A DNA stretch of 64,000 nt from Nitrospirota bacterium (GCA_963751455.1 CAVVUN010000015.1:1440001-1504000); one strand, 5' to 3'; positions 39,884 through 50,525 are shown, counted from the first letter of the stretch. Made by a program: numbers and translations. The notes: generated by a model from the letters alone, not told the origin.

Positions 39884-40108
39884 ATGACCATTAAAAAGGA
39901 AAAGCTGGAGATGCTTCTCAAGGAGCTTCCTGATAACGTAGATATCGGGGATGTTATGTTTCGCCTCTATTTACTGCAAAAGGCAGAATCAAGAAACACA
40001 GAATCGGGAGGGGATCAGCTTGAGGCAGGCAAGAACCTTCCGCATGACGAAGTATTGATTTCAAATTTTACTGCAGCTCAATTTTCCAGGTCAGGCCGCC
40101 CACTCTAG
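39884..40108 (+). CDS. Orphan antitoxin-like small protein
   Basis: KEKLEMLLKELPDNVDIGDVMFRLYLLQK...EAGKNLPHDEV resembles antitoxins found upstream of ParE/RelE toxins; GGAG RBS. Confidence 0.55.
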   Translation: MTIKKEKLEMLLKELPDNVDIGDVMFRLYLLQKAESRNTESGGDQLEAGKNLPHDEVLISNFTAAQFSRSGRPL

Positions 40109-40130
40109 CAGAAGCAAATAACTCTCGTAA

Positions 40131-40263
40131 TGTCATTGCGCAAAGCGTTCTTTGCGGGCGCGGTAATCTTGAAGTTATTGATTCTTTAAAAACGAGATTG
40201 CTTGCTTCGTACCCTGCACTCGCGCCTGCGCACTCGTTGTCGCGGGCATAGGCTCGAAAGGAC
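40131..40263. repeat. GTCATTGCG...GAGATTGC REP/BOX-like element with nested mini-element (40211-40253)
   Basis: TGTCATTGCG...GTAATCT / GAGATTGCTT...CTCGAAAGGAC arms. Confidence 0.6.
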
Positions 40264-40324
40264 ATTTAAAATCGCTTTTTAGACCGGAGAGCAGGGCGAA
40301 CAAGGAAGTTCGTTTTGTTCAAGG

Positions 40325-42640
40325 CTACACTTCGGGGAATCTCAAGGGAAGGGGGATTTTCAGGTATACTGATGTGCCCTTCTCAGCGAATAGGGTCAAA
40401 GTGCCACCCACCTCTGCAGCCCGTTTTTTCATATTCGAAAGGCCCCTGCCGTGGCCGGTGTTTTGTTTACAGCCCGTACCGTCGTCCCGTACGACAAGCT
40501 GAACCTCGCTTCCTGTCAACGTAAGCGCAACGGCAACCGATGAAGCTTTCGCGTGCTTTATGACATTTGTCAGAGCTTCCTTATAAATCTTGAAGATATT
40601 GGCCCAGAGCACGCTTTCCGGCCGGTCATGATTATCATCCAGTGAGATCTCGATCGAAAAGACTATGGAGTACGGCTCCATCATCTTGGCGCCCTGGTTT
40701 CTGAGCTCCGCAGCCAACGTTCGCCAGTTCATTTCCCGGGTATCGAGGCTTTGCATGAAACCCCGTATCTCGATCATTCCCTCCCGCGAAAGCCGCGATA
40801 TCGTGGAGAGTGTATTTTTGACGCTGTCTATATCAGAGGCGTTCCTGGCGAGTTCTGCGAGGATACTGATATTCGTTGTTATGCCTCCGATCCCGTCATG
40901 GAGGTCCATCAGAATATTTTCCTTTTCGATGACGTGCCTCTTTTCCTCGGCGATCCTCTCTTCGTAGAGATTAACTTTTTCTTCTTCCGCCTTCCTGCGG
41001 TCCGTGATGTCGAAGACGGTTGCCAGCACTGCAGCCTTTTCTTCATACTCTATCGATCCGCTTGCGATATTGACCCACCGCATGTCGCCGTCTTTTCTCA
41101 GTATCCTGCACTCGCATTTCACCGGGATCTTTTTCGCCTCGGTATGGGCATGTCCGTTCTCCAGAACCGCGTCGCGGTCATCGGGATGAAATATCTGATG
41201 GAACTCCATCGAGAGAAATTCCGTATTCGTGTAGCCGGTAATGGTTTCACTGGCCGGGTTCGCATACATCACCCTGCCGTTGCGATGGATGAAAATGCCG
41301 GCAGTCGTCGTTTCAGCCAGTGTCCGGAACTTCAGCTCGCTTTCCAGGAGCGAGGCAGTTGCCTTGTCCACCGCTTTCTGCAGTATTCCCTTTTCAATGC
41401 GGTGTTTTTTTTCCTCCAGTTCCTTCACCAGCATGTTCTGGCTGTGAATGGCGCGCTGAAGATTGTTGAAAGACCGGGTAAGATCTCCGACCTCGTCGAG
41501 GGACACTACCTCAAATTCCTTATACAACGTCTCCTTGTTCTCCGCAATCCTCCTCATTCTTTCTTCAATATCGGCCAGCGCAAACGACGTCTCGCTGGCT
41601 ACGGAGTAGCTGATGATACCCGAAAAGATCAGAAAGAAAAAACCGATTACAAGAAAAAAGAGCGTTATGTTTCTCATTGCGTCTATTTTCCCGGTATCCA
41701 CCGTGTAAACGGCAGCCAGTGAAAACCCGTTGAACCGCCCGCCAAGGGGGAGGAGTTTCATCATGGTGCGCTGGTTTTCGCCGGCTGCAATCATGGCGGC
41801 CGGGGTCCGACCCGCGTGCTCGTCCGCGGAAAATTCGTCGCCGGTATATTTCGGGCTGCCTGTAAGATACGCTCCCTCGGCAGCTACCAGATACACGGGG
41901 GGGTCCGTCCTTCTCGAAGCGAGGTATCGTTTCAGAGAGTCAAGTTCCGTGTACGCCGCCGTCTTCTGCTTTACGGAATAGAGCAGAGCGTTTGCCGCCT
42001 CTTCGTCATCGCGTATCAGCGCTTCCCGTGTCTTGGAATACCCGTATACCGAAAGAAACAGCAGAATCATCGCCGACAGCGTGACGGTCGCGGCAACCAT
42101 GCTGATCCTTATCGAAGTGCGGCGACCCTCATCCGCAGCAAGCCCCGAGGTGCTCCTGAGAACGGGCACCATGCGGCGTTTGACGTATACGTACACCGCC
42201 ATTGAGGAACATATGGTATAGGACCATATGAGACCCATCGATATGAAGCGTTTATAAAAGGGATAAAAAGGAAAGAAAACAGCATCGAAGCCGAGCGCCA
42301 CAAAGCCTACGATAGAGAGAATTATGAGGTTGAACAGGAAAAGCACTTTGAGGGGCAGATTGAAGGCAGCGGTCCTGAGTTCCTGCGCCTGCTCCCGGTT
42401 CATGGTCACCCCGAGGCCGGACAGACGAACGACCGGGTCCAGCGCACGGTACAGCAGGAAAGAAAGGATGACCATGATAATCGGCGCAAAGACGAGGAAG
42501 TTAAGGAGGTCGGCCTTTCGTATCTCCTCAGTGTAGCTCACCACGATCGGGTCGACGATTTTAAGGATGATAGCGCCGGACGCGATGACGGCGTTTACCA
42601 TTATCAGGATATTTCGTGCAGTTTGTTTTGTGTGCTGCAT
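40325..42640 (-). CDS. Membrane sensor histidine kinase (multi-TM, HAMP, PAS, HisKA_3/NarX-type, HATPase)
   Basis: DEVGDLTRSFN, PAS, DLHDGIGG, EALTNVIKHA, DDGTG, GRGLSNM; start uncertain (42640 or 42673). Confidence 0.88.
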   Translation of the reverse strand: MQHTKQTARNILIMVNAVIASGAIILKIVDPIVVSYTEEIRKADLLNFLVFAPIIMVILSFLLYRALDPVVRLSGLGVTMNREQAQELRTAAFNLPLKVLFLFNLIILSIVGFVALGFDAVFFPFYPFYKRFISMGLIWSYTICSSMAVYVYVKRRMVPVLRSTSGLAADEGRRTSIRISMVAATVTLSAMILLFLSVYGYSKTREALIRDDEEAANALLYSVKQKTAAYTELDSLKRYLASRRTDPPVYLVAAEGAYLTGSPKYTGDEFSADEHAGRTPAAMIAAGENQRTMMKLLPLGGRFNGFSLAAVYTVDTGKIDAMRNITLFFLVIGFFFLIFSGIISYSVASETSFALADIEERMRRIAENKETLYKEFEVVSLDEVGDLTRSFNNLQRAIHSQNMLVKELEEKKHRIEKGILQKAVDKATASLLESELKFRTLAETTTAGIFIHRNGRVMYANPASETITGYTNTEFLSMEFHQIFHPDDRDAVLENGHAHTEAKKIPVKCECRILRKDGDMRWVNIASGSIEYEEKAAVLATVFDITDRRKAEEEKVNLYEERIAEEKRHVIEKENILMDLHDGIGGITTNISILAELARNASDIDSVKNTLSTISRLSREGMIEIRGFMQSLDTREMNWRTLAAELRNQGAKMMEPYSIVFSIEISLDDNHDRPESVLWANIFKIYKEALTNVIKHAKASSVAVALTLTGSEVQLVVRDDGTGCKQNTGHGRGLSNMKKRAAEVGGTLTLFAEKGTSVYLKIPLPLRFPEV

Positions 42641-42645
42641 ATTGT

Positions 42646-43968
42646 TTACGCGCCTGTGCTCTTCAGCATACATACCGGCGAACCGGATTTAAATCTCTGA
42701 TACGAATACTTCCGGTCCGCCAGGTTCAGTTTCACGGTCAGGCCGAGCTGCGTTCTCGATCTGCAGAGTCGTTTCACAATAGAGGAAACCGAATAGAACT
42801 CGCGGTTCGCCCGGTTATGTCCTTCCTGTAGTTGTTCCGAAGACATCATCCGGGGAGTGAAAACTACATGCTCGGAGTTGTAGCGCGACCAGTCGTAGTG
42901 CAGTATTCTTCCTTCGGAACTCAGCTTTTCGAAGAGCCTTGTCCCGGGATAGGGTGTCAGGATGCTGAAACTGATGCCGTCTATGGCCGCCCGGACCGCA
43001 ACGTCGAGTGTCCGGTCGAACACGCTCGCATCGTCGGTGTCAAACCCGAAGATCATGCCGGCCAAAACCGCAATGCCCTCATCGTGCATTTTCTTGATTT
43101 CCTCGCGCAGGGTTTCTACCCGGTTAAAGCCCTTATTTACGGAGTCGAGGCTTCCCTGAGATACTGATTCGATGCCGACAAAGAGCCCGATGCAGCCGCT
43201 CTCGGCGGCGAGGCGCAGCAGTTCGGGATCCCGGGTGATGGTGATCGAACCCTGGCCGAGCCACTTTTTTCTCAGGGGAATCAGGCGCCGGAAAAGCTCC
43301 TTCGAAAATGAAGGCGTACCGACGATGTTGTCGTCCCAGAACACGAAGGTATCGTTATCGAAGGTCTCGATTTCCCGTATGATATCGTCGATCGGCCGCG
43401 TCCGGTGGCCGGGACCGTATATTGCAGCGAGGGCACAGAAATCACAGTGGAACGGGCACCCGCGAGAGGCTTGCAGCACGTCAGGAACTATGTATTTTTT
43501 TCTCCAGAGCAGGTCGCGTTTTGCGAAGGGAAGTGACGAGAGCCCGGGGGCGGCTGAACGATACACAGGCCGCAGCCGGTTCTTTTCAAAATCCTCGATG
43601 ACGAGCGGCCAGCTTTCTTCGGCTTCACCGACTACTACGGCGTTCGCGTGATTCTTGGCTTCATTTGGCATCAGAGAGGCGTGGGGGCCGCCGAATATTA
43701 CGGTTTTTCCCAGTTTTCGGTATTGGCCCGCGAGTTCATACGCCCGGTGAGCAAAGGGCGTCACGAAGGTGATACCGACGAGATCGGCGTCGCTGTCTTC
43801 GGGTTTTACGGGGGCAACCATTTCATCGAGGATCGAAACTTCGATATCATCCCGGACCAGGGCCGCAAGATACGGCATCGTAAGCTGAGCGGGCTTGAAA
43901 ATGAAGCTCTCGCGTTTGCCGAGGTCTCCGTAATGCGCATGCAATGGCTGGACAAGTTCTATTTTCAA
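42646..43968 (-). CDS. B12-binding-domain radical SAM protein
   Basis: DLVGIT, GGPHAS, GEAE, SRGCPFHCDFC, DDN, GIES, PYPGT. Confidence 0.9.
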   Translation of the reverse strand: MKIELVQPLHAHYGDLGKRESFIFKPAQLTMPYLAALVRDDIEVSILDEMVAPVKPEDSDADLVGITFVTPFAHRAYELAGQYRKLGKTVIFGGPHASLMPNEAKNHANAVVVGEAEESWPLVIEDFEKNRLRPVYRSAAPGLSSLPFAKRDLLWRKKYIVPDVLQASRGCPFHCDFCALAAIYGPGHRTRPIDDIIREIETFDNDTFVFWDDNIVGTPSFSKELFRRLIPLRKKWLGQGSITITRDPELLRLAAESGCIGLFVGIESVSQGSLDSVNKGFNRVETLREEIKKMHDEGIAVLAGMIFGFDTDDASVFDRTLDVAVRAAIDGISFSILTPYPGTRLFEKLSSEGRILHYDWSRYNSEHVVFTPRMMSSEQLQEGHNRANREFYSVSSIVKRLCRSRTQLGLTVKLNLADRKYSYQRFKSGSPVCMLKSTGA

Positions 43969-44216
43969 TGAAAGCTCCGGCAGGAGACGATGTTTTTGCT
44001 CACTCGACGTATATTCAAAAACAACAAGGGCCTATATCTTTTCTCTATTCTCTATGTCCGCTTACCTGCCGCACTATGCTCATCGGGTCTTTGTTATGCG
44101 GGTTAACTTTCCGCAACATTATGGTATAAAAAAGTCCAACTTTCAATGAAAAAAACGGATATGATTGTGCTATATTTTATAGAGTTGTATGAATTACCGA
44201 AAAGGAGGAGTGCCGG

Positions 44217-44513
44217 ATGAAATACATCAGATTGTTTTCAGCAGCAGTGGTAGCGACTGTTTTGCTGACAGGCTGTTTTTATGCGCATGTAAAGCAGCCG
44301 CTGGACACGAACGTCGACAAGACGGTCCTAGGCCAGAAGACGGGAGCGGCAACATCGTATTCCGTATTGTGGGTGGCTGCATGGGGTGATGCCGGCACAC
44401 AAGCTGCGGCACAGAACGGGGGCATCACGACGGTAAACCATATGGACAAGGAGATCTACAGCATCTTTTTCGGAATCTATACTAGAATGACTACAATCGT
44501 GTACGGAGACTAG
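44217..44513 (+). CDS. TRL-like family lipoprotein
   Basis: Lipobox LLTGC; AWGDAG..AAAQNGGIT; TIVYGD. Confidence 0.8.
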   Translation: MKYIRLFSAAVVATVLLTGCFYAHVKQPLDTNVDKTVLGQKTGAATSYSVLWVAAWGDAGTQAAAQNGGITTVNHMDKEIYSIFFGIYTRMTTIVYGD

Positions 44514-44518
44514 AGGGC

Positions 44519-44836
44519 ATGATGAGAGCATACAGATTGCTTTGTGCTGTTCTGCTGCTTTCCGTCGTAATTTCCGGCTGCGTATATACCCATACCGTTC
44601 AGCCGCTGACCGTAGATATGCACCAAACACCTCTGGCCCAGGTTGAAAAATACGGCACCATCAAGACGATTGCGTTCCCGCCGATCTTTTCTACGAATCT
44701 CATCGCCTGGGGCAGCGCTGCACTAGGAGATGTTGCCAGGGAGCAGGGAATGAAGGAAATATACTTTGCCGATCTCGAGATATTCAGCATTCTGCGGATA
44801 TGGAATGAATACACCGTGCATGTCTTCGGGAAATAA
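44519..44836 (+). CDS. TRL-like family lipoprotein (paralogue)
   Basis: Lipobox ISGC; AWGSAALGDVAREQGM..YFAD; VHVFGK. Confidence 0.7.
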   Translation: MMRAYRLLCAVLLLSVVISGCVYTHTVQPLTVDMHQTPLAQVEKYGTIKTIAFPPIFSTNLIAWGSAALGDVAREQGMKEIYFADLEIFSILRIWNEYTVHVFGK

Positions 44837-44915
44837 GAAGAAGGGCTGCACGATCATGGCCGCTCTTGAACAATCTCGGTTATCAGATACTCTTTTTTAC
44901 AGGATTCGCGGCTGA

Positions 44916-45716
44916 TCATTTATCACCTTCCATGAAATCGGCAATCTCCTTCCACTGCGACGAATCCATCCAGTCGGGCCAGTCGTTATGTCCGGCGCGC
45001 TTGATGGTCCACATCTTCTTGTTTCCCGGCAATGCTTCATATAACGCATGAGCGTGCCGGATCGGAATTATCTCATCCTTGCCGGCTCCCAGAATTGCAG
45101 TTCTTCCCTGAAAATCCTTCAAATTATCGATGGTGTCGTACCTATCCGTCAGAAATAAACGGACAGGGAGCCACGGAAATTTTTCTTTGGCAACCGCCAG
45201 GAGAGTGTTCCAGGGCGTAATGAGAATAAGCCCCTCGACTGCAACTCGAGAGTCTTTCACAGAAGCCGCTGCTACTGCGCTTCCGAGGGATTCGCCCAGC
45301 AGGACCAGCGGATTGCCGTATTGTTCGGATACGAGACGCACCGTTTCTCTCGCGTCATTGACGAGTGCGGCTTCTCCCGGCTTTCCTTTGCGGCCTCCAT
45401 ATCCGGGATATTCCGCGAGTATTACCCTATACCCGAGAGGCGCCAGAGCTTGTACATAGTAGGTTCTGTCAGCCGCGGTGCCGGCATTTCCGTGGAAAAC
45501 TACAACCGTGGCTTTTATATTTTTTATTGGAGCGGTTCCGATAAAGCCGCGATAGCTGTCGCTTTTGCCGGAAGGCCAGAATTGTATGTCTTCAGCAGCA
45601 AGAGAGTCTTGAGAGGGGATATCTGAACCGGGATAATACAGCATCTCATTTTGGACGTTGCAGCCTGTAAGAGTTGAAATAAAGGCCATGAGTATATATA
45701 GGAAGAATCTTATCAT
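44916..45716 (-). CDS. Alpha/beta hydrolase (ABHD13/Bem46-like), probable lipoprotein
   Basis: FHGNAG, EYPGYG, GESLG nucleophile elbow, DEIIP, AGHND. Confidence 0.88.
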   Translation of the reverse strand: MIRFFLYILMAFISTLTGCNVQNEMLYYPGSDIPSQDSLAAEDIQFWPSGKSDSYRGFIGTAPIKNIKATVVVFHGNAGTAADRTYYVQALAPLGYRVILAEYPGYGGRKGKPGEAALVNDARETVRLVSEQYGNPLVLLGESLGSAVAAASVKDSRVAVEGLILITPWNTLLAVAKEKFPWLPVRLFLTDRYDTIDNLKDFQGRTAILGAGKDEIIPIRHAHALYEALPGNKKMWTIKRAGHNDWPDWMDSSQWKEIADFMEGDK

Positions 45717-45775
45717 AAATGAGAAGTATCAGCCGCGAAAAATCCATAACCGTACTCGGCTCACTGAGGCTTTCA

Positions 45776-46297
45776 TCATGTTTTTATGACGGCAAGATAC
45801 GGCAGATTCCGGTGCAGTTCCCCGCAGTCGACTCCGTAGCCGACGACAAATACATCGGGAATGATAAAGCCGGTATAATCCAGGGGGACATCCACGGTCC
45901 TTCGTGATTGCTTATCGAGCAGGACCGCGGTTTTCAGACTTGCCGGGTGTCTCGATGAGTACCGTTTCAGAAGAAAGTCGAGCGTCTCGCCGGTGTCGAT
46001 AATGCAGTCCACCAAGAGCACATGCCTGCCCGCGATATCAGTTTCAATGTCTTTTTTCATCCGGATCTCCCGGCTCGATGTGGTGCCCAGACCGTAGCTT
46101 GACGCATGCAGGAAATCAAGGGTCACGGGAAGCGTTATACCGCGCATCAGGTCAGCGGTAAAAACCAGCGCGCCTTTCAAAATCGAGATGAGTACAAGGT
46201 CCTTCCCCGCATAGTCTTTCGAGATGCGCGCAGCCAGTTCGTTCACTTTATTTTGAATGGCCTGTTCATTCAGTAATATTTCCTGAATTTCTGTCAA
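45776..46297 (-). CDS. hpt: Hypoxanthine phosphoribosyltransferase
   Basis: ILKGA, SSYG, LLVDCIIDTGETL, FVVGYGVD, RNLPY; TTG start after GGAGA. Confidence 0.9.
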   Translation of the reverse strand: MTEIQEILLNEQAIQNKVNELAARISKDYAGKDLVLISILKGALVFTADLMRGITLPVTLDFLHASSYGLGTTSSREIRMKKDIETDIAGRHVLLVDCIIDTGETLDFLLKRYSSRHPASLKTAVLLDKQSRRTVDVPLDYTGFIIPDVFVVGYGVDCGELHRNLPYLAVIKT

Positions 46298-46466
46298 CGT
46301 TGTCTCCCGGCGCAACAGTCCCCAGAGGACGGTCTTCGCTATGCTTTTCATTGTATCAGATTATTTTTTTAATTTGAAGTGGGTATCTGATGATTACGAT
46401 AAGGAGAAAGGGTCTGAAGGGGATGGTGCACTGGACGCAGACGCGTGATGCCGGCCGCAGCTTTCT

Positions 46467-46690
46467 CTAGTATTTGAACTGGGGAGCAGTTTTATCTTTG
46501 ATCCCCAGAAAAACGAGATGTGACATCACGCCCAGTGCAGGGAGGAAAAATATAAACTTAAAAATCCACCCGAGGAGAGGTATCAGGCCGATCGCCTGGT
46601 ATATCAGTACACCGAGCAGCATTGCCGGCCATGTAAAGGACGGCTCTTTCTTTGAACAGGTACCCGCTTAACAAACGAGTAAAGACGCTA
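46467..46690 (-). pseudogene. Probable membrane-protein gene fragment
   Basis: WPAMLLGVLIYQAIGLIPLLGWIFKFIFFLPALG..., with no RBS and a disrupted upstream frame. Confidence 0.4.
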
Positions 46691-46831
46691 AAGGCTGCTT
46701 CGTGAAAGATACGTGCTCTCGGGAAAGATACGCTGCTGATAAACAGAAAAATTCAGAAAATAAATTTAAAAAATTTACGGAGTAATACCAAGAATTGAGG
46801 ATTCGTTGTATACTTTAAAAGTGTTATTTAA

Positions 46832-47491
46832 TCAGCGTGAAGCTAAAGTATTAAAAATTTTCCAAAACTCAATTTCATTATAAGAGCTGTACACATAGAG
46901 CGTAAAGTCGTCAGGGATACGGTCATGGCGGAGGGCAACTTCAGGCGACAGGTTCTCAATCGCGAACTTAACCATTTCCTCGGGCGACGTGAAGTGCAGC
47001 TCAGGGTCCTTGACGGGCGTGTGCGAAGAGAGGGCGTTCAGGGCGAGAGCCTTGTTGCAGTGCTTGAAGAGTGTAACCAAGGCATTCTTCAGGTCCTGAT
47101 CAACTCCCGGCACATTGAGGTTAAAGACTCCGCAGATGATTATATAATCGAAGAACCCTTCAAACTCGTCATCATCGGCATTTATGACACGGAAGGTGCA
47201 CTCCGGATATTTGTTCTGCGCCAGACTGATAAAGTTTTTGTTGATATCGACGCCGGTATACTTCACGTTGATGTTGCGCCGCTTTAAAAAGCGGTAAAAG
47301 TCGCCGGTCCCGCAGCCATAATCGAGGACCGTACTGCCGTTCAGTTTCTCGGGGGGAGCGACATCGGCGAGCATGTGATAGCGTTTGAGCTGGCCGTGCG
47401 GAGTCCAGCGGAGCGCTTCGGGGCGATCCCCGAATTTTTTCAGATGAAAATTGTAAAAGGACAGAAGTTGGTCTTTCGAGTACGGATCCAC
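46832..47491 (-). CDS. Class I SAM-dependent methyltransferase
   Basis: VLDYGCGTG, YTGVDI, FDYIIICGVFN. Confidence 0.88.
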   Translation of the reverse strand: MDPYSKDQLLSFYNFHLKKFGDRPEALRWTPHGQLKRYHMLADVAPPEKLNGSTVLDYGCGTGDFYRFLKRRNINVKYTGVDINKNFISLAQNKYPECTFRVINADDDEFEGFFDYIIICGVFNLNVPGVDQDLKNALVTLFKHCNKALALNALSSHTPVKDPELHFTSPEEMVKFAIENLSPEVALRHDRIPDDFTLYVYSSYNEIEFWKIFNTLASR

Positions 47492-47629
47492 GGACCCTCC
47501 TTACTCTTGCAGGGATACATACTGTAAATTATTGTACTGCATCGGGCTGCCGAACACAAGCGCGTCGCACGGCATATTTTCATCAGTCCGACATGTTTTC
47601 TTTGTTAATAGAGTTATAATTTTTTTTTA

Positions 47630-47658
47630 TTGACAAACGAAACCAGTTATCTTAATAT
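47630..47658 (+). promoter_or_regulatory. Sigma70 promoter of nuo operon 2
   Basis: TTGACA-N17-TAATAT with AT-rich UP region. Confidence 0.7.
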
Positions 47659-47729
47659 GCACCGGCTTTAGAAATTATCAGTAATAGAAGTTTTACTAAT
47701 TCAAAATTTAATAGTAGGGAGAGTAGTGT

Positions 47730-48104
47730 ATGACACCAGCTACCTATCTTCCGGAACACTTCCTGCCAGTAGTGGTTTTTCTGCTGCTCGGCACGGCCGT
47801 AGGGCTCGGGATGCTCATTGCCGGATGGTTTATACGGCCAAAGAATCCCTATCCCGAAAAGCTGCTTACGTACGAATCCGGAATCACCCCCTTCATGGAT
47901 GCACATCAAAAGTTTTCCATCCGCTATTACATCATTGCAATGCTGTTCCTCATATTCGACATCGAAGCAGTCTTTCTCTATCCCTGGGCCGTGGCATTTA
48001 ACCGGATCGGTATGTACGGTCTCGTGGAAATGGTGATTTTCATCGCGATTCTGCTCGTCGGATATTTCTACGCCTGGAAGAAGGGGGCTCTCGAATGGGA
48101 ATAA
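47730..48104 (+). CDS. nuoA: NADH-quinone oxidoreductase subunit A (operon 2)
   Basis: [27 protein letters not shown]. Confidence 0.95.
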   Translation: MTPATYLPEHFLPVVVFLLLGTAVGLGMLIAGWFIRPKNPYPEKLLTYESGITPFMDAHQKFSIRYYIIAMLFLIFDIEAVFLYPWAVAFNRIGMYGLVEMVIFIAILLVGYFYAWKKGALEWE

Positions 48105-48574
48105 TGCAGAACCTTTTTGAAGAAGGCTACGTTTCGACGACCGTCGATTCGTTCCTTAATTATTGCCGGGCGAGCTCGATATGGCCGATGACGTTCGGTC
48201 TCGCCTGCTGCGCTATCGAAATGATCCAGTACTATTCCGCCCCCCAGCATGACTTCGACCGTTTCGGCACCGTGCCGCGGCCTTCACCGAGGCAGTCCGA
48301 CCTCTTGCTCGTTGCGGGCACCCTCACCAAAAAAATGGCCCCTATCGTGCGAAGAGTGTACGATCAGATGCCCGAGCCGCGCTATGTGATCGCAATGGGC
48401 AGCTGCGCAAGTTCGGGCGGCATCTTCAATACCTACAGCGTGGTCCAGGGCGTGGATAATATTGTACCCGTCGACGTCTATATCCCCGGCTGTCCGCCCA
48501 GGCCGGAAGCGCTGATGAACGGCATTATCAAGCTTCAAGAGAAAATTAAAAAAGAGAAGTATATCCGGAAATAG
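48104..48574 (+). CDS. nuoB: NADH-quinone oxidoreductase subunit B (operon 2)
   Basis: [32 protein letters not shown]; TAATG coupling. Confidence 0.95.
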   Translation: MQNLFEEGYVSTTVDSFLNYCRASSIWPMTFGLACCAIEMIQYYSAPQHDFDRFGTVPRPSPRQSDLLLVAGTLTKKMAPIVRRVYDQMPEPRYVIAMGSCASSGGIFNTYSVVQGVDNIVPVDVYIPGCPPRPEALMNGIIKLQEKIKKEKYIRK

Positions 48575-48664
48575 CCAGTAACACCGATCATTTCACATCC
48601 CATATCGTTTATCTCAAAAACTGCGCACCATGCGTGAGATTGGTGCGGCCATTGATGAGGTTGT

Positions 48665-49135
48665 ATGGATCCCTTGCAGATTGCCAAAATGATAGAAGAA
48701 AAGTTCGCGGGCCAGGTGCTCGCGATCACGTCATACGCCGGACAGGTCGCGGTCGCGCTCAAAAAAGACATGATCAGGGAAGTCTGCCGCTACGTTCATG
48801 ACGAACCGATGCTGAAGATGGACCACCTGGCGGACGTTACCGCCGTGGATTATTCCAAGTACCCGGGCGATTCCGGGCCGCGCTTCGAGGTCGTCTACAA
48901 TATGATTTCGACCGAGCACCGGCACCGAATCCGGCTGAAGGTGAGGGTGCCGGAAGAGGACCCGAGAGTGGACACCGTCAGCCAGGTCTGGCATACCGCC
49001 AACTGGCATGAACGCGAAACCTATGATCTCATGGGAATCAGGTTTGACGGCCATCCGGACCTTCGCAGGATTCTGCTGCCGGAGGACTGGGAGGGCCACC
49101 CGCTCAGGAAGGAATACCCGCTGAAAGGTTATTGA
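48665..49135 (+). CDS. nuoC: NADH-quinone oxidoreductase subunit C (operon 2)
   Basis: ANWHERETYDLMGI, GHPDLRRIL, GHPLRKEYP. Confidence 0.95.
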   Translation: MDPLQIAKMIEEKFAGQVLAITSYAGQVAVALKKDMIREVCRYVHDEPMLKMDHLADVTAVDYSKYPGDSGPRFEVVYNMISTEHRHRIRLKVRVPEEDPRVDTVSQVWHTANWHERETYDLMGIRFDGHPDLRRILLPEDWEGHPLRKEYPLKGY

Positions 49136-49154
49136 GAAAAAACCCGAAATGCCT

Positions 49155-49242
49155 TATCCGCAGATTTCACAGATAGACGCAGATTTGATATAAGAAATTA
49201 AGGTTGGATTTAATTCCGTGAAATCTGCGTGATCTGCGGATA
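49155..49242. repeat. 9-bp periodic hairpin element, nuoC-nuoD junction
   Basis: TATCCGCAGATTTCACAGATAGACGCAGATT ... AATCTGCGTGATCTGCGGATA. Confidence 0.8.
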
Positions 49243-49309
49243 CATGACCTAAGCAGTTTACTTTTGGCTACTGTTTGGAATTTGATATCTGAATTTCCAA
49301 GGTGAAAAT

Positions 49310-50509
49310 ATGTCTCCTACCGATACCGAGAAGAAAGAAATCGTTCAGAAGGAAATAACCTTAAATATGGGTCCGCAGCATCCGGCCACCCACGGCGTGC
49401 TTCGCCTGGTGCTGGATCTGCAGGGAGAAACCATCGTCCGCTGCGACCCGCGTCCGGGCTACCTCCACCGCGGCATCGAGAAGCTGATGGAGAACAGGAC
49501 CTACCATCAGAACATCCCGATCACCGACCGGCTTGAGTATATCACCTGCATGAATAACAACCTCGGCTGGGTCGTGGCCGTTGAGAAGCTTGCCTCCATC
49601 GAGGTTCCGGAGCGGGCCGAGTTCATCAGGACGATCATGGCCGAGCTTACACGGCTTTCCGGGCACCTTGTCTGGCTTGGAACCCATGCACTCGACATCG
49701 GAGCCATGACGGTCTGCATGTACACCCTGCGGGAAAGGGAACTTATTCTCGATCTTGCGGAGATGGTTACAGGAGCCCGCCAAACCGTAAGTTATGCCCG
49801 AATCGGAGGCGTCCGAAACGATGTGTCGCGCGAGTTCATCGACAAGTGCCGGGAATTCACGGAGATTTTCCCCAAACGTCTTGAAGAATATGACACGATG
49901 ATCCGTCAGAACCGGATCTGGCTCAAACGCACGGTCGGAATCGGCGTAATGACGGCGGAGGAAGCCGTCAACTACGGCCTGACGGGCGGTTCCCTGCGCG
50001 GCTCGGGCGTAAACTACGATCTCCGTAAAGTGGAACCCTATGCTGCATACGATAAGGTGGAATTCGACGTGCCGCTCGGCCGGAACGGAGACGTCTATGA
50101 CCGGTATATCGTGCGGATCAACGAGATGCGCCAGAGCAACCGTATCATAAAGCAGTGCCTGGACATGCTCCCGGCCGGCCGCGTTGTCAGCGACGATCCG
50201 CGCTACGCCATTCCCGAAAAGAGCCAGGTGATGCAGAGCATGCAGTCGCTCGCGCACCAGTTCGTACTCATGAGCAAATGGATTCCGATGCCCAAGGGCG
50301 AGGTCTATGTGGCGACCGAGGCGCCGAAAGGCGAACTCGGCTTCTATATTGTAAGCGACGGAAGCGGCAGGCCGTACCGCGTCAAGATCCGCGCCCCATC
50401 CTATGTGCATATAAGCTCCCTGCCGAAGATGGTGACCGGGCACATGGTTGCCGATGTGATTGCCTGTATCGGGACGATCGATATTGTGCTCGGCGAATGC
50501 GATCGATAA
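49310..50509 (+). CDS. nuoD: NADH-quinone oxidoreductase subunit D (operon 2)
   Basis: [39 protein letters not shown]; no NiFe CxxC pairs. Confidence 0.95.
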   Translation: MSPTDTEKKEIVQKEITLNMGPQHPATHGVLRLVLDLQGETIVRCDPRPGYLHRGIEKLMENRTYHQNIPITDRLEYITCMNNNLGWVVAVEKLASIEVPERAEFIRTIMAELTRLSGHLVWLGTHALDIGAMTVCMYTLRERELILDLAEMVTGARQTVSYARIGGVRNDVSREFIDKCREFTEIFPKRLEEYDTMIRQNRIWLKRTVGIGVMTAEEAVNYGLTGGSLRGSGVNYDLRKVEPYAAYDKVEFDVPLGRNGDVYDRYIVRINEMRQSNRIIKQCLDMLPAGRVVSDDPRYAIPEKSQVMQSMQSLAHQFVLMSKWIPMPKGEVYVATEAPKGELGFYIVSDGSGRPYRVKIRAPSYVHISSLPKMVTGHMVADVIACIGTIDIVLGECDR

Positions 50510-50525
50510 GCAGAGGGGCCAGACC

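Noticed and set aside
49310-50509. Group 4 [NiFe]-hydrogenase large subunit
   Set aside because: No N- or C-terminal CxxC nickel ligands; quinone-site His/Tyr motifs of NuoD are present.
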